NCBI GenBank assembly: GCA_913057225.1 | Contig: CAJXNT010000003.1 | Span: 4,751-68,750 of the forward strand | Source of the DNA: an uncultured Mycoplasmatota bacterium | Lineage (GTDB): Bacteria; Bacillota_I; Bacilli_A; Izemoplasmatales; Izemoplasmataceae | Length of the DNA: 64,000 nt | Direction of reading: 5' to 3' | Shown here: positions 63,526 through 64,000 of the stretch, one piece after another | Numbering within the stretch: position 1 is the stretch's first letter | Layout: each line of letters opens with the position of its first letter | Notes under the pieces: model-generated | Database searches by the model: none | Seen by the model: only the letters and a program-made list of their open reading frames with translations | What the model was told of the DNA's origin: nothing | Translations under genes and position numbers: made by a program

Positions 63526-64000
63526 GCGTGATCTCCTCAATGATGGCCGCATACACAGGTTTGGGGTCGGTTTCATTGAGTGGCTCATGCCGCATATCAG
63601 GAAACTCGATCGTCTGGATGGTGAGGTCTTTAAACATCCCTTGATAGGTGCTTTGAATTTGCGTGTGGGACTTGCCTTGATTGGTCACAGGGTCTAAGGC
63701 TCCGGCAATCAATAGCAACCGGTCGAGTCTGGTTTTTGCAATGTTTTGACTTTGACTAATGGTGTCCACAGTTTTGAAAAAGAGCCGATAAAACCGGGAA
63801 TTATACGCATACCCAGTCAATGGATCTGCGAAAAATCGTTCAACATTTTTGGGGTTTTTAGAGAGCCAATCTTTCGATGTTTGCGCATCCTTTACCCCCT
63901 TTTCAAGGGGTTGATTCATCAAGAATGATAACGCACGGTTTCTTCCGTATGCGGGATAAAAAAGGGAAAAGAATCCCGCCAAAAGCCGAAATGCTTTTCT
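63518..64000 (-). CDS. C-terminal part of an alpha/beta-hydrolase (lysophospholipase/monoacylglycerol-lipase-like); 5' end outside window
   Basis: Frame open to the window edge; ..LLIAGALDPVTN.. and ..FPDMRHEPLNE.. resemble the Asp and His regions of alpha/beta-hydrolases. Confidence 0.55.
   Translation of the reverse strand, partial: RKAFRLLAGFFSLFYPAYGRNRALSFLMNQPLEKGVKDAQTSKDWLSKNPKNVERFFADPLTGYAYNSRFYRLFFKTVDTISQSQNIAKTRLDRLLLIAGALDPVTNQGKSHTQIQSTYQGMFKDLTIQTIEFPDMRHEPLNETDPKPVYAAIIEEITHE

Noticed and set aside
1-64000. Alternative genetic code (UGA=Trp) as in Mycoplasma
   Set aside because: Many well-defined genes end in TGA, often in ATGA/TGATG coupling junctions (MATE, plsX, rimM, dnaB, natA-like). 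Family-length proteins are obtained with the standard code.
1-64000. CRISPR arrays, tRNA/rRNA genes, transposases, integrases, prophage or known defence genes
   Set aside because: No intergenic region exceeds about 300 nt, and the two largest are T-box leaders. I saw no spaced direct repeats and no recognisable mobile-element or defence protein motifs.

Overview
This is a dense 64-kb window: about 63 CDS, more than 90% coding, and all but about 12 on the minus strand. It comes from a low-GC-Gram-positive-type (Bacillota or Mollicutes-related) chromosome that uses the standard genetic code. That placement rests on PolC, the DnaD/DnaB/DnaI loaders, T-box leaders, CcpA and many ATGA/TGATG coupled genes ending in TGA.

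Most of the window is housekeeping. It reads like a compacted patchwork of Bacillus subtilis neighbourhoods:
- rsgA-rpe-thiN / rpmB / yloV(fakA)-recG-plsX-rnc-dnaD-nth
- pheST, polC, gmk-rpoZ / rqcH
- polA-mutM-coaE-dnaB-dnaI-thrS
- ccpA-tyrS
- rpsP-KH-[ABC insert]-rimM-trmD-rplS, and ylbF/ylbG/ylbM-like genes

I see no rRNA, tRNA, CRISPR, transposase, integrase or phage genes. The only structured RNAs I can support are two T-box leaders (pheS, thrS) and a set of intrinsic terminators.

The accessory content sits at the two ends.
- Left end: an XRE-HTH plus helical-repeat regulator, a MATE exporter and a 1060-aa membrane-anchored surface protein built from 11 tandem ~73-aa modules, all colinear.
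- Right end (59-64 kb): three more highly diverged paralogs of that regulator in tandem, tied to an alpha/beta-hydrolase and a 4-TM protein with an intramembrane CxxC.

The right-end array is my best candidate for an undescribed sensing or signalling module. The evidence is architectural only; no cognate peptide gene is visible.

Other points worth a second look:
- an ABC-2 exporter inserted into and translationally coupled with the rimM-trmD-rplS ribosomal operon
- a G8 tract exactly filling the 17-bp spacer of the pepV promoter
- a palindromic -10 element shared by the pepV and thrS promoters
- loss of fapR-fabD-fabG-acpA from the plsX-rnc locus
- a cre-like palindrome on the ccpA promoter

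All protein identities are from motifs I recognise by eye. No database search was possible, and many ORF-track starts were trimmed to SD-supported starts.
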